DNA of 64,000 nucleotides from Gaiellaceae bacterium (GTDB lineage Bacteria > Actinomycetota > Thermoleophilia > Gaiellales > Gaiellaceae). The DNA lies in contig DATDOS010000158.1 in assembly GCA_035293125.1 (NCBI GenBank), forward strand, positions 8,963 to 72,962. Direction: 5' to 3'. Made by a program: the position numbers and the translations under genes. The stretch's first letter is position 1. Each line of letters starts with the position of its first letter. This document shows positions 47,076 to 57,188 of the stretch, piece after piece. The notes beneath the pieces are model-generated. The model searched no databases, was not told where the DNA came from, and saw nothing but the letters and a program-made list of their open reading frames with translations.

Positions 47076-49540
47076 CAGCGCCCCTCCTCGTGCGGCGACG
47101 CGCCGTCTTCGAAGAGCGGGAGCGAGAAGAGGAACGTGCTGCCGCTCCCGGGCCCGCTCTCGACCCAAAGCCGACCCCCCTGCGCCTCGACGATCGCCCT
47201 GCAGATCGCGAGCCCGAGGCCGGTTCCGCGGACACGGCGGCGCCGCGAGTTCTCGCCGCGGTAGAAGGGCTCGAAGATCGCCTCTCGCTCGTCTTCGGGA
47301 ATCCCGTCTCCACGGTCGGTGACGCTGACGACCGCCTCATCGGTTTCCCGGTGGACGACGAGCTCGACTCGAGTCTCCGGCTCGGAGTAGCGAGCGGCAT
47401 TATCGAGCAGGTTCCGCAGCACCTGCTCGATCCGTAGCGGGTCGACGAGCACCCGCAACTCGCCGTCGTGGTGGAAGGTCGACAGCGCATGCCCCGTCTC
47501 CTCGAGCATCGGTCGGGCTCGCGCCCCGACGTCCTCCACGAGCGCGTCGAGAGCCACGAGCTCGGTCTCGAGGGAGAGGCGACCGCTCTGGAAACGGGAG
47601 GCGTCGAGCAGATCGTCGATCATCTGCTGCAGCTTTGCAGCCTCCTCGTCGATGATCCGGACGAACGTCTGGCGCGTCGCGAGGTCGATCGGAGCGATGT
47701 CGTCGGAGAGCAGGGTCGTTGCGTAGCTGCGGATGAAGCCGAGCGGAGTCCGCAGCTCGTGGGACACGGCCGAGATGAGCTCCGCCTTGACCCGTTGCGC
47801 CTCGCGCTGCGTTTCGACCCGCCGGAGCTCGTCGAACAGACGCGCGTTCTCGATCGCCAGCGCGACCTCGTTTCCGATCGCGTGCAGCATCCGCCGCTCC
47901 CCGGGCGGGAGAGCATCGCCGCCATGCGAGAGGAGAAGGACTCCCAACGTCCGCCCACGGGCCTGGAGCGGAAGGATGGCGAGACTGCGTCCGGCGGGCG
48001 CCCGGCACGGTGGGCGGAATGTCCTGCGGGCGTCCGGGTCGAGGAAGAGGGCGTGCCCGCTCGCGGCCACGACCGCGCAGGGGCAGCGGTCCGCGCCGAC
48101 GTTCTGGTCTCGGCAGGGAAAGCCTGCTGAGTCGCCGCGAAAGATGGGTGGCTCCAGCTTCCCCGATCTCTCGTCCAGTAGCCGTACTGCGCCTGCGTCC
48201 ATATTGGTGTGCTCGAGGGCCACGTCGAGGCAGCGCCGCAACGTCGTTTCAACGTCGCGAAGCTCACTGGCGGCCGTCGCGACGGCCGCGAGGCCGGCGA
48301 GTTGGCGGTTGCGCATGCGGAGCTCGGTCGTCCGCTGCTCCACTTTCGCCTCGAGCTCCTCTCCCCAGCGCGTCACCTTTTCCAGCGAGTCGCGCAGCTG
48401 GGTCCGCATCGTCTCGAGGCTCGTCGCAAGGGCGCCGATCTCGCCGCCTTCCGCGACACGGACCGGCTCGTCGAGGTCTCCAGCCGCCATCCCCCCCGCC
48501 GCATGCGTCAACGTGCGCACCGGCCGTACGAGGAGCCGCGCGCCGACGAGCGTGACGACCCAGAGGAAGGCGAGCGCAAGCGCTCCCGCGAGCAGGAGGG
48601 TATTCCGAAGCCGCGCCACCGGGGCGAAGGTCTCGCGCGTCGATCCGCCCACGGACACGCCCCAAGGCGCGTTGGTCAGAGGCGCGAACGCCATCACGTG
48701 GTGCTCGCCCTCTCGATTCGCAGGCACCTGATGCCACGGCGTGTACGGGACGTCCTCGACGCCCGCCTCCCTCGCGCGGAGCTTTTGAAGGTAGAAGTCG
48801 AGGTGCTCGCCCGGCTTCAGGAACCCGCCGTAGCCGGTGGAGGCGACGATGAGTCCTCCCTCGCCTACCAGCTCCGCGTGACCCGTGTGCCCGACATCCT
48901 TCGCGTGGCTGAGCGGCTTCGAGACATCGGCACCGGCCACGTTCAGGAGTCCCACGAGGAGCGAGCGAACCGTGCCGTCGCGATTGAGGAGCGGTCTCGT
49001 GAGAGCGACGGCCGGCGCGCCCGTCGACGGATCGCGGAAGGGCGGCGAGACAGTGCGCCGCCTCGTGACGATCGCCTGTCTGACGTAGGGAGCGCGCGAG
49101 AGGTCGGCGCCCCGCTGCAGCTTGCCCGGCGGCTGCGAGAGGACGATTCTCCCGCGCGCGTCGAGGAAGTAGACGCCGAGGGAGAGAGTGCCGACGCGGC
49201 CGTACGCGTGGTTCAGCATGTGCACTTCCGCGGAGAGCGAGGGGGCAGCCGGATCGAAGCGGGCGAACCGCGTTGCCTGCTCGAGCTCGTAGAAGCCGCG
49301 CTCGAGCAAGCGATCGATGTCGCGTGCCGCCATCTTGGCGATGACGAGCCGCTCTTCCAGGATGCGGTCCGTGCTGTCCTCGACCGCGCGCAGGGCCAGC
49401 AGCGTGAAGACGGCGAACAGGAGGAGGAAGCCGCCTGTTACGGCGATGACGAGCCGCGGCCAGAGGTTGAGCCGACGCCACGTGGCGAGGAGCTTCACGG
49501 CCTTCAACCTCCTTGGTGCCTGCTGAGGGTGGATTCGCAT
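47075..49540 (-). CDS. Sensor histidine kinase (TM - extracytoplasmic Cache-like - HAMP - GAF - HisKA - HATPase)
   Basis: H-box AELISAVSHELRTPL, N/G boxes LLDNAARYS and GTGLGLAICRAIVEAQGG, and a GAF segment with a CPC motif. The start is uncertain (ATG 49540 or the upstream start at 49633). Confidence 0.88.
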   Translation of the reverse strand: MRIHPQQAPRRLKAVKLLATWRRLNLWPRLVIAVTGGFLLLFAVFTLLALRAVEDSTDRILEERLVIAKMAARDIDRLLERGFYELEQATRFARFDPAAPSLSAEVHMLNHAYGRVGTLSLGVYFLDARGRIVLSQPPGKLQRGADLSRAPYVRQAIVTRRRTVSPPFRDPSTGAPAVALTRPLLNRDGTVRSLLVGLLNVAGADVSKPLSHAKDVGHTGHAELVGEGGLIVASTGYGGFLKPGEHLDFYLQKLRAREAGVEDVPYTPWHQVPANREGEHHVMAFAPLTNAPWGVSVGGSTRETFAPVARLRNTLLLAGALALAFLWVVTLVGARLLVRPVRTLTHAAGGMAAGDLDEPVRVAEGGEIGALATSLETMRTQLRDSLEKVTRWGEELEAKVEQRTTELRMRNRQLAGLAAVATAASELRDVETTLRRCLDVALEHTNMDAGAVRLLDERSGKLEPPIFRGDSAGFPCRDQNVGADRCPCAVVAASGHALFLDPDARRTFRPPCRAPAGRSLAILPLQARGRTLGVLLLSHGGDALPPGERRMLHAIGNEVALAIENARLFDELRRVETQREAQRVKAELISAVSHELRTPLGFIRSYATTLLSDDIAPIDLATRQTFVRIIDEEAAKLQQMIDDLLDASRFQSGRLSLETELVALDALVEDVGARARPMLEETGHALSTFHHDGELRVLVDPLRIEQVLRNLLDNAARYSEPETRVELVVHRETDEAVVSVTDRGDGIPEDEREAIFEPFYRGENSRRRRVRGTGLGLAICRAIVEAQGGRLWVESGPGSGSTFLFSLPLFEDGASPHEEGR

Positions 49541-49958
49541 CGGACCGGAACCCTGTAGGCGGTCAGCGGCCCTGCTCCGACCCCGGGCAGTGTCGCGCGC
49601 CCCTTCGAGCCCGGAATGAGCAACATTGACCACCTTCCTGGTAGGCCGGTGGGCGCCCTCGTAGAGGGCATCCGCCGCACTCGCCCAGCGTGATCCCCTC
49701 CCCGCTCACTGTCAACCCGATCTCGTCGAGGTGAGCGGCACCGTCGTCGACGCCCGCCGGCTTCTCCGGAGGTACAGGCGCCCGAACGCAGCGGAGGAGT
49801 CACATCCCCTACCTGCCGGCGGCGGTCGAGGCAGCGTGGCTACGTCGAGCCACCCACCAAAGAGATGACCCTTCCGCCTGCAGCCGACGGCGGCTGCTCG
49901 GACTCACATGTCGAGGAGTTGAACCCCATACCGCATATGGCGATTCCAGGGCTCTCAG

Positions 49959-50004
49959 CGGGAGCGACGGGACTCGAACCCGCGACCTCCGGCGTGACAG
50001 GCCG
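49959..50004 (-). repeat. tRNA-Asp(GTC) 3'-half fragment, copy 2
   Basis: Identical core CGGGAGCGACGGGACTCGAACCCGCGACCTCCGGCGTGACAGGCCG on the plus strand. There is no 5' tRNA half. Confidence 0.85.
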
Positions 50005-50285
50005 GTACGGGCCCGACCGGTACAGCGGCTGCGACCGGGAGTTGCCGGCTGAAGGAGGCATTTCCTCGCCGAGCGAACCGGCGCTGACCGGCTACGACCC
50101 GCTGCCGCCCGGCCGAGCCTGTGTGGTACGCGTGTGGTCCCTCTAGTTACGAATTAGCAACAGAGCTATCGATGGGCGATCGCAACCCCTTACGTCGCGC
50201 GCAGCCACATCGCTTGAGGCATCCGCTGCTTCGTGCGCAACGGCCACGCACCGATCTCCGATCCACCCCGCGAGCAGGCAAACGC

Positions 50286-50329
50286 GGTTACACGCCTGAA
50301 ACAGTGCTGTAACGCCGGTTCCTTACAAG
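50286..50329 (+). promoter_or_regulatory. Candidate SARP-dependent promoter (a): GGTTACAC-N3-TGAAACAG-N3-TGTAACGC-8 nt-TACAAG
   Basis: 11-bp-phased repeats at 50286/50297/50308 and a hexamer at 50324-50329, 56 nt upstream of the kinase GTG. Confidence 0.5.
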
Positions 50330-50384
50330 GACTCCCGAGTCGTCCTATCGTTCCGGCAGGGCCCCCGAAAGCGAGGATGCGTAC

Positions 50385-53300
50385 GTGCAAGTGAGCGACG
50401 ACCCGCGGGTCGGCACCGAGCTCGCCGGCTACCGGATCGAGTCGCTGCTGGGCTGGGGCGGCATGAGCGTCGTCTACCTGGCCGAGGATTTGCGGCTCAA
50501 GCGGAGGGTTGCGCTCAAGCTGCTGGCTGCCAGCCTCGCCGAGGACGAATCGTTCCGTGGCCGCTTCCTGCGCGAGTCGGAGCTGGCCGCGTCTATCGAC
50601 CATCCGAACATCGTCCCGATCTACGAGGCCGGGACGACCGAGGACCTCCTCTTCATAGCCATGCGCTACGTCGAGGGGCGTGACCTGAAAGAGCGCCTCC
50701 AGCGCGGCCGTCTGGACCCGGCGGACGCGATAGGCATCCTCGCACAGGTGGCGAGCGCGCTGGATGCGGCCCACGCGCGCGGTCTCGTGCATCGCGACGT
50801 GAAGCCCTCCAACGTGCTGCTCGACACGGGTGCCCGCCCCGACGGCTCCGACCACGTCTACCTCGCGGACTTCGGCCTCACGACGCGGGTTTCCGAGGAG
50901 GCAGGAATCGGCGACGACGGCCGCCTCATGGGCACCATCGACTACGTCGCACCCGAGCAGATCGCCGGAGAGGAGATCGACGGACGGGCGGACGTGTACT
51001 CGCTCGGCTGCGTGCTCTACGAGTGTCTCGTCGGGCAGCCGCCATTCCGGAGTGATTCGGACCTCGCGGTGGTGTTCGCGCACCTCGAAACCGAGTCGCC
51101 GCCGCCGAGCGCCGGGCGGCCCGAGCTGCCGGCGGCGCTCGACGCCGTGATCGCCAGGGCGCTGGCGAAAGAGCCGGAGCAGCGCTACCCGAGCTGCCGC
51201 GAGTTCGTCCGAGCGGCGCTCGCGGTCGCGGTCGACGAGGCGAGCCGCGTGCTCGTCGACGTCGCCTCTCGCGCCGCCGCCGGCAGAAGTGACCTGGGCG
51301 AGGTCGAGGCCGAGCTGGCCGGGAAGGTGATCGACCTCCAGCTGGTGCGCGAGCAGGCGCGGGTCCTCTCGGGCCCGGACACCCCGACCCGCGTGGCGAC
51401 CGAGGGGGTATGCCCGTTCAAGGGGCTCGCAAGCTTCGAGCCGGTCGACGCCGACTACTTCTTCGGCCGGGAGCGGCTCGTGGCCGAGCTCGTCGCCCGC
51501 CTCGTCGGAGCCGGTTTCCTCGGCATCGTCGGCCCGTCGGGCAGCGGCAAGTCGTCGGTCCTCCGCGCCGGTCTCCTCCCGGCCCTCGCCGGAGGAGTGC
51601 TGCCGGGCAGCGGGGGCTGGCGGCGTCTGCTCCTGCGTCCCGGCGAGCGGCCGCTGGAGGAGCTTCGCCGCGTGCTCGTGTCGGGAGCGAAGGATCCTCT
51701 CGCCGAGGCCCTCGACACGCTGCCCCCGGGCGCGCGCCTTCTCCTCGCCGTCGACCAGCTCGAGGAGCTCCATACCGCCTGCCGCTCCGACGCCGAGCGC
51801 GCCGCATTCGCCGACACCCTTGCCCGCGCGGCTGCTGATCCGGAGGGTCGAGCAGTCGTGGTGGTCGCGCTGCGCGCCGACTTCTACGGGCGCTTCGCCG
51901 CGTACCCGGGGCTCGCCGAGCTGCTGGGCGCGAACCAGGTGCTGGTCGGGCCAATGCAGGCCTCCGAGTTGCGGCGCGCCGTCGAGCTGCCCGCCGGCCG
52001 GGTGGGGCTGCGGGTGGAGCCCGAGCTGGCCGACGCGCTGGTCCACGACGTCGAAGGTGAGCCAGGAGCGCTGCCGTTGCTGTCCACGGCCCTGCTCGAG
52101 CTCTGGCAGAAGAGGGAGGACGACGCGCTCACTTTGGCTGCCTATCGCGAATCCGGCGGCGTCCACGGCGCCGTCGCGCGGCTGGCGGAGGGCACGTACG
52201 CTCGCGTCCCGGACGAGCGCAGGCAGCTCGTACGCGCCGTCATGCTGCGTCTGGTCGGCGAGGACGACGGCGACGCGCCGGTGCGCCGCCGCGCTCCACT
52301 CGGGGAGCTCGACCTGGAGCGCAACGAAGACGTGGCCGACGTGCTCGCGACGCTGGCCGACAGCCGTCTCGTCACCGTGTCGGAAGGGAACGTCGAGGTC
52401 GCCCATGAGGCACTGCTGCGCGAGTGGCCGCGCCTGCGCGACTGGATCGAAGAGGACACCGAAGGGCGCCGGCTTCGCCGTCACATCACTCAGGCGGCGA
52501 CCGAGTGGGATGCGGCAGGGCGCGATCAGGGCGAGCTCTATCGCGGCGCCCGACTCGCCGCCGCCCTCGACTGGACCGCCGATCACGCGCTCGACGTCAA
52601 CGAGCTCGAGCGCGAGTTCGTCACCGAGAGCCGCGAGGCCTCGGAGAAAGAGACCAAACGGGTCCGGCGCACGAATCGCCGCCTCCGAGTCCTGCTCGCC
52701 GGAGTCGTGGTGTTGCTCGTCGCGGCCGTCGCCGGCGGGATCTTCGCGCTCGTCCAGCGCAGCGAAGCCCGAGACGCGGAGGCTGCACAGCTAGTGCAGC
52801 GCCTGGGCGCGCAGGCGCTCGTCGAGGACGACCTCGACCTCTCGCTCCTGCTCGCCCGGCAGGCAGTTGCGATCGACGACTCGCCGCAGACCCGCGGCTA
52901 CCTGCTCGCCGCACTCCGGCGCAGCCCCGCTGCGATCGGGGTCATGCATGGTCCCGCCGGGCGGCACGGCGTGCTCACGGGAGTCACAATCAGTCCCGAC
53001 GGGAAGACGCTGGCGGTGCTCTCCGGCGGCGGCGAGGTTCTGTTCTTAGATGCGCGAACCTACGCGCAGATCGGGGACCCGCTGACGGCGACGAATTCCG
53101 GCGAGTCGAGCCTTTCGTATAGCCCCGACGGGCGAACGCTCGCGGTCGGCGGCGACCACCTCGTTCGCCTCATCAGCGCGCGAACGCGTGCCCAGTTGGC
53201 CGAGACAGCCGTCGAAGGGGTCGCCACGCATCTGGCCTTCACGAAAGACGGGTCGCAGTTGGTCGTCGTTGTCGCCCCAGGCAGCTCCGCAAGCGACCTC

Positions 53301-54884
53301 GGCAGCAGAGGCGACGCGGAGATCACCGTCCGAGACGCCGTCAGGCTGAAGGCGATCGGTCCCTCGATCGAGCCGGACGCCTTCGTCGGCGCGTACGTCG
53401 GCTTCTGGTACGCGTCTCCTCAGTTTGCACCCACACCCGACGGTCGCTCCCTCATCACCGCGTCCGAGGACGGTGAGCTGGCGCGGTGGGATCTCGAGAG
53501 CCGCAAGAAGACCCGGACGTGGAGGATCGAGCCCGGCACCGCGCCCGCGCTCGCCATCAGCCCGGACGGTCTCACCGCGGCGGTCGGCATCAAGCACGGG
53601 GTGCAGCTGGTCGACCTCCGTGCCGGCACCGTGCGAACGGCAACCGCCGATCTCGCCGGGAGCCCGAACTGGGTGCTCTTCAGCCCGGACGGCAAGATGG
53701 TCGTGTCGACGAACCGTGACAAGACGGTGACTCGCTGGGACGTCGAGTCAGCGACCCCCCTCGAGACGCTGCGCGGCCACTCGAACTTCGTTCAGCAGCC
53801 CGTTTCCAGTCCCGACGGAGAGACGCTCTACACCGTGAGTCACGACGGCACTGCCATCGCCTGGGATCTCGCAGGCGACCGCAGGCTCGGGCGGCCTTTC
53901 ACGTTCACGCACGACCGGACGTTCTCCGCCGCCGGCTTTGACGGCCATCCGGGGAGATTCAGCCCGGACGGCCGGCTGATCGCGGTCGGCCTGAAGGAGC
54001 AGGGCGTCGCGCTTTGGGACGCGCGCAAGCTCAGGCCGGTCGGGGGACCGCTTCTCCACACGGGCGGCGAGGTCAAGAATCTCGCCTTCTCGCCAGATGG
54101 ACGAAAGCTTGCTGCAGTGACCGACGGAGGCTCTCTCACACTCTGGGACGTTGATTCGCGATCGCGGCTCCATGGTCCGCTCGGCGCGGGCGAGGCCCTT
54201 CTGCCCGGCGTCGGCTTCAACCCGAACGGGTCGACGCTCGCCACGGCGAGCGTGTTCGGCGTGACGCTCTGGGACGTGGCAACCGGAGCCAGTCTCAGCG
54301 AGTTCGGTAGGAACGCGAGCGACCTCGCCTTCAGCGCTGACGGGGCGACGATCGCGTTCGCCGACCCAAACGGAGGCGGCGCGGAGATCTGGGATGTGGC
54401 CAAGCGCTTGCTGGTCGCCGCCATGTTGGGAGACGAGGACTTCTCCGTCGCCCTCAGCCCCGGCGACCGGTTACTCGCGGTCGGTGGCTTCGGCAGAGTC
54501 GTACGCGTCTGGGACGTCCGCACCCGGAAGCTCCTCCACGAGCTCGACCAGGGTGGCAACGGAGCGTTCACCCTCGAGTTCACTCCGGATGGCCGGACTC
54601 TCGCCATCTCCGGATTCGAGCAGGCCGCGTCTCTTTGGGATGTGGCAACCGGAACGCAGATCGGCCCGCCGCTCACCGCCGGAGACCGCAGGACGATGAT
54701 CGACCTCTCGGCCGACGGACGGCAGATGTTGGAGACCCACGGCAACGGCAAAGGGGCAGTCTGGGACGTCGACCCCGAATCCTGGAAGCGCCGGGCTTGT
54801 GTCCTCGCCAACCGCACGCTGACCCGCGAGGAGTGGGACGAGTTCCTCCCAGGGCGGCCCTACGAGCCGGCTTGCGCGAGCTGA
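50385..54884 (+). CDS. Ser/Thr protein kinase - STAND P-loop NTPase - TM helix - WD40 beta-propeller protein (1499 aa)
   Basis: Kinase motifs VALKLL, HRDVKPSNVLL and DFG. P-loop context FFGRERLVAELVARLV...GIVGPSGSGKSSVLRAGLLPAL. TM helix LRVLLAGVVVLLVAAVAGGIFALV. Many SPDG...LWD WD40-like repeats follow. Confidence 0.9.
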   Translation: MQVSDDPRVGTELAGYRIESLLGWGGMSVVYLAEDLRLKRRVALKLLAASLAEDESFRGRFLRESELAASIDHPNIVPIYEAGTTEDLLFIAMRYVEGRDLKERLQRGRLDPADAIGILAQVASALDAAHARGLVHRDVKPSNVLLDTGARPDGSDHVYLADFGLTTRVSEEAGIGDDGRLMGTIDYVAPEQIAGEEIDGRADVYSLGCVLYECLVGQPPFRSDSDLAVVFAHLETESPPPSAGRPELPAALDAVIARALAKEPEQRYPSCREFVRAALAVAVDEASRVLVDVASRAAAGRSDLGEVEAELAGKVIDLQLVREQARVLSGPDTPTRVATEGVCPFKGLASFEPVDADYFFGRERLVAELVARLVGAGFLGIVGPSGSGKSSVLRAGLLPALAGGVLPGSGGWRRLLLRPGERPLEELRRVLVSGAKDPLAEALDTLPPGARLLLAVDQLEELHTACRSDAERAAFADTLARAAADPEGRAVVVVALRADFYGRFAAYPGLAELLGANQVLVGPMQASELRRAVELPAGRVGLRVEPELADALVHDVEGEPGALPLLSTALLELWQKREDDALTLAAYRESGGVHGAVARLAEGTYARVPDERRQLVRAVMLRLVGEDDGDAPVRRRAPLGELDLERNEDVADVLATLADSRLVTVSEGNVEVAHEALLREWPRLRDWIEEDTEGRRLRRHITQAATEWDAAGRDQGELYRGARLAAALDWTADHALDVNELEREFVTESREASEKETKRVRRTNRRLRVLLAGVVVLLVAAVAGGIFALVQRSEARDAEAAQLVQRLGAQALVEDDLDLSLLLARQAVAIDDSPQTRGYLLAALRRSPAAIGVMHGPAGRHGVLTGVTISPDGKTLAVLSGGGEVLFLDARTYAQIGDPLTATNSGESSLSYSPDGRTLAVGGDHLVRLISARTRAQLAETAVEGVATHLAFTKDGSQLVVVVAPGSSASDLGSRGDAEITVRDAVRLKAIGPSIEPDAFVGAYVGFWYASPQFAPTPDGRSLITASEDGELARWDLESRKKTRTWRIEPGTAPALAISPDGLTAAVGIKHGVQLVDLRAGTVRTATADLAGSPNWVLFSPDGKMVVSTNRDKTVTRWDVESATPLETLRGHSNFVQQPVSSPDGETLYTVSHDGTAIAWDLAGDRRLGRPFTFTHDRTFSAAGFDGHPGRFSPDGRLIAVGLKEQGVALWDARKLRPVGGPLLHTGGEVKNLAFSPDGRKLAAVTDGGSLTLWDVDSRSRLHGPLGAGEALLPGVGFNPNGSTLATASVFGVTLWDVATGASLSEFGRNASDLAFSADGATIAFADPNGGGAEIWDVAKRLLVAAMLGDEDFSVALSPGDRLLAVGGFGRVVRVWDVRTRKLLHELDQGGNGAFTLEFTPDGRTLAISGFEQAASLWDVATGTQIGPPLTAGDRRTMIDLSADGRQMLETHGNGKGAVWDVDPESWKRRACVLANRTLTREEWDEFLPGRPYEPACAS

Positions 54885-54891
54885 GCTCGAC

Positions 54892-56493
54892 TCAAGGTCG
54901 GATCGACCAGGTGAAGCGCGTCAGGGCGGCCGGAGGAGCGAGGCCGCCGGGGCGCAGACCCCGCCGCACGAGCAGCGTTGGTGGGGCGGCGTCTCTGGCG
55001 AGTCTGAGGCGAGCCGGGCCGAGGCCCTCGTGGTGCCACCTCGTCGACAGCCCGACGACGAGCAGTCCCGCGTAGCGGCTCGCCTCCAGCATGCCCTCCT
55101 CGCCGGGCGAGATCAGCAGCGGCTCGGCCGAGATGCCCAGGACGCGCTGAACTGCGAGCGCGCCGTGCGAGAGCAGGCGGCTCGCATCGCGCTTGCCTCG
55201 CTCCGGCACCGCTGCGACACCCGCGAGCCGGAGCGGCGCGCCACTTGCCCGCGCGAACCATGCGCCGAGCTCGACGGCCGCCCAGTCGTGGTCGGCTCCT
55301 CCGAACGGGACGAGCACCGGGCCTTGGGAGGTCGCCTCCCGGGGAACGAGCAGCGCGACGTCGCATGGCGCCTCCTCGAGGAGGGCGGTGAGCTGCTCGT
55401 CGGGAGCGCCCTCGGCCAGAAGCTCCTCGGGAGCGTCGGTAAGCAGGAAATCGACGTCGAGCTCGGTGGCGAACCGAGCCAGCTCCGCACCCGGCGCCGT
55501 CGACGTGAACGAGGCAGCACGAGCCACGACACCGCGCGCTTCGAGTGCGGACCGGCGCTCTTCGAGCCAGGCTGACGTGGGCCGGAGCTCGGCTGCGTCC
55601 GACAGGACCCTGGTCAGGATCATGACGCGAGGCGGATGTCGCACGAGCGGCTCGGCCACCGTGAGCAGCGCGTCGATGCGCGTCTCCTGGGCGATGGCAA
55701 CGAGAATCGACCGCTCCGCGACCTCCCGGACACCTGCAGTTGCCGTCGCTTCGCCATCCAGCGACGGGTCCTGTCGAAGGATCGCGCGCTCCAGCTCCTG
55801 GAGCGCCGGACTCGGATCGATCCCGAGCCCGTCGACGAGCGCGCGGCGCGCGTCCTGGTACGCCTCCAGGGCTTCCGCCTGCCGGCCCGACCGGTACAGC
55901 GCGGTCATCAGATACCCCCGCAGGCGCTCGCGGAGCGGGTGCTCCGCGACGAGTGCCTCGAGCTCTCCGACCAGCTCATCGTGGCGTGCGAGCGCGAGAT
56001 CGGCGTCGATCCGGAGCTCGACTGCTGCCAGCCTGATTTCCTCGAGCCGGGCGATGGCGGCCTGGGCGAAGCTTTCGTAGGCGAAGTCCGCGAGCGCCGG
56101 GCCTCTCCACAGCGACAGCGCGTCGCGGAGCCGCCCCGACGCGTCCGCTGCCAGGCTGCGAGCCAGCAGCCCCCTCCCTTCGTCCACCAGGCGCTCGAAG
56201 CGGTGGAGGTCGAGCTCGTCGGGCTCGACGCGGACGACATAGCCCGGGGATCTGGTCGTCAGTACGTCTGCGGGAAGCGCCTTGCGAAGTCGCGAGACGT
56301 TGACCCGCAGCGCGGCGGCGGCGCCCTCGGGCGAGTCCTCACCCCAGAGCTCGTCGATCAGCCGGTCAGCAGGAACGACCTCGTTGAGGTGAAGGAGGAA
56401 CAGGGCGAGAAGCGCACGCGGCTTGGGCCCACCCAGTGACACCTCGTGGTCCCCGTCCCACACCTCGAGCGGGCCCAGGATCCGGAACTCCAT
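54892..56493 (-). CDS. SARP-family transcriptional activator (OmpR-type wHTH + BTAD) with C-terminal USP-like tandem domain
   Basis: ATG 56493, 5 nt after GGAGG. MEFRILGPLEVWDGDHEVSLGGPKPRALLALFLL..., BTAD LDLHRFERLV...ALSLWRGPALADF...RLAAVELRIDADLALARHDELVGELEALV, then alpha/beta USP-like repeats. Confidence 0.88.
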   Translation of the reverse strand: MEFRILGPLEVWDGDHEVSLGGPKPRALLALFLLHLNEVVPADRLIDELWGEDSPEGAAAALRVNVSRLRKALPADVLTTRSPGYVVRVEPDELDLHRFERLVDEGRGLLARSLAADASGRLRDALSLWRGPALADFAYESFAQAAIARLEEIRLAAVELRIDADLALARHDELVGELEALVAEHPLRERLRGYLMTALYRSGRQAEALEAYQDARRALVDGLGIDPSPALQELERAILRQDPSLDGEATATAGVREVAERSILVAIAQETRIDALLTVAEPLVRHPPRVMILTRVLSDAAELRPTSAWLEERRSALEARGVVARAASFTSTAPGAELARFATELDVDFLLTDAPEELLAEGAPDEQLTALLEEAPCDVALLVPREATSQGPVLVPFGGADHDWAAVELGAWFARASGAPLRLAGVAAVPERGKRDASRLLSHGALAVQRVLGISAEPLLISPGEEGMLEASRYAGLLVVGLSTRWHHEGLGPARLRLARDAAPPTLLVRRGLRPGGLAPPAALTRFTWSIRP

Positions 56494-56524
56494 CTCGCCT
56501 CCTGGCGCGAACGCTAACACCGAC

Positions 56525-56568
56525 TGTTGCGCGCCTGAAACGGGGCTGAAACGAGTCAGGGGGAGGAT
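56525..56568 (+). promoter_or_regulatory. Candidate SARP-dependent promoter (b): TGTTGCGC-N3-TGAAACGG-N3-TGAAACGA-8 nt-GAGGAT
   Basis: Repeats at 56525/56536/56547. It lies in the divergent gap between the SARP gene and secreted paralog 1. Confidence 0.6.
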
Positions 56569-56605
56569 CGGGCTTCACAAACGGGTCTCCAGAAAGGAGC
56601 GACCG

Positions 56606-57040
56606 ATGAAGACTCACTACGTCGTGCTCGTCGCGCTCATTGCGGCAGTCACGCTGGCCTCCGTGGCGGCGGCAACACCCGGCGCCGTCAAGCAGCGGGT
56701 CGCGATCGCGTCAAAGCTGTACCCGGAGCGCACATTCGTATTCACCCCGGTCACAGCCGGACCGCTCAAGCGCGACTCCGGCACCGTAGGTTTCGATGCC
56801 GGTACCTTCACGTTCAAGGGAAAGCGGGGCACTCTCACGATTCGCGAGTTGTACGAAAACTGGGTGAACTGCGGGAGCGAGGAACACAAGGGCGTCATTC
56901 CTGCGGTCGACATCGGCCCCTGGAAGGTCGTGCGCGGGACTGGCCAGTACAAGGGCGTCACCGGAGGCGGGGAGAGTGCGCAAGCGGGGCTCGGCAACCC
57001 GTGGTACGCGCGCCAAGAGGGGTACCTCGCGTCTCCGTAG
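56606..57040 (+). CDS. Small secreted protein, paralog 1 (144 aa)
   Basis: AAAGGAG RBS and signal peptide MKTHYVVLVALIAAVTLASVAAA. Shared family motifs KGKRGTLTIRE and WKVVRGTGQYKGVTGGG...GYL. Confidence 0.75.
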   Translation: MKTHYVVLVALIAAVTLASVAAATPGAVKQRVAIASKLYPERTFVFTPVTAGPLKRDSGTVGFDAGTFTFKGKRGTLTIRELYENWVNCGSEEHKGVIPAVDIGPWKVVRGTGQYKGVTGGGESAQAGLGNPWYARQEGYLASP

Positions 57041-57053
57041 CGCGTACTCCAAC

Positions 57054-57088
57054 GAGACGGGCGGGCGCTCCGGTGCGCCGCCCGTCTC
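57054..57088 (+). terminator. GC-rich hairpin after paralog 1
   Basis: GAGACGGGCGGGCGC-TCCG-GTGCGCCGCCCGTCTC. Confidence 0.6.
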
Positions 57089-57108
57089 GGCCCACGGCCG
57101 CCGTCACC

Positions 57109-57152
57109 TGTTGCGCGACTGAAACGGATCTGAAACGGGCCGGCTCGATAGT
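57109..57152 (+). promoter_or_regulatory. Candidate SARP-dependent promoter (c): TGTTGCGC-N3-TGAAACGG-N3-TGAAACGG-8 nt-GATAGT
   Basis: Repeats at 57109/57120/57131, 37 nt upstream of ATG 57189. Confidence 0.6.
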
Positions 57153-57188
57153 GGGGTTCGAGCAAAGAGCAGAACGCGAGGAAAGGAG

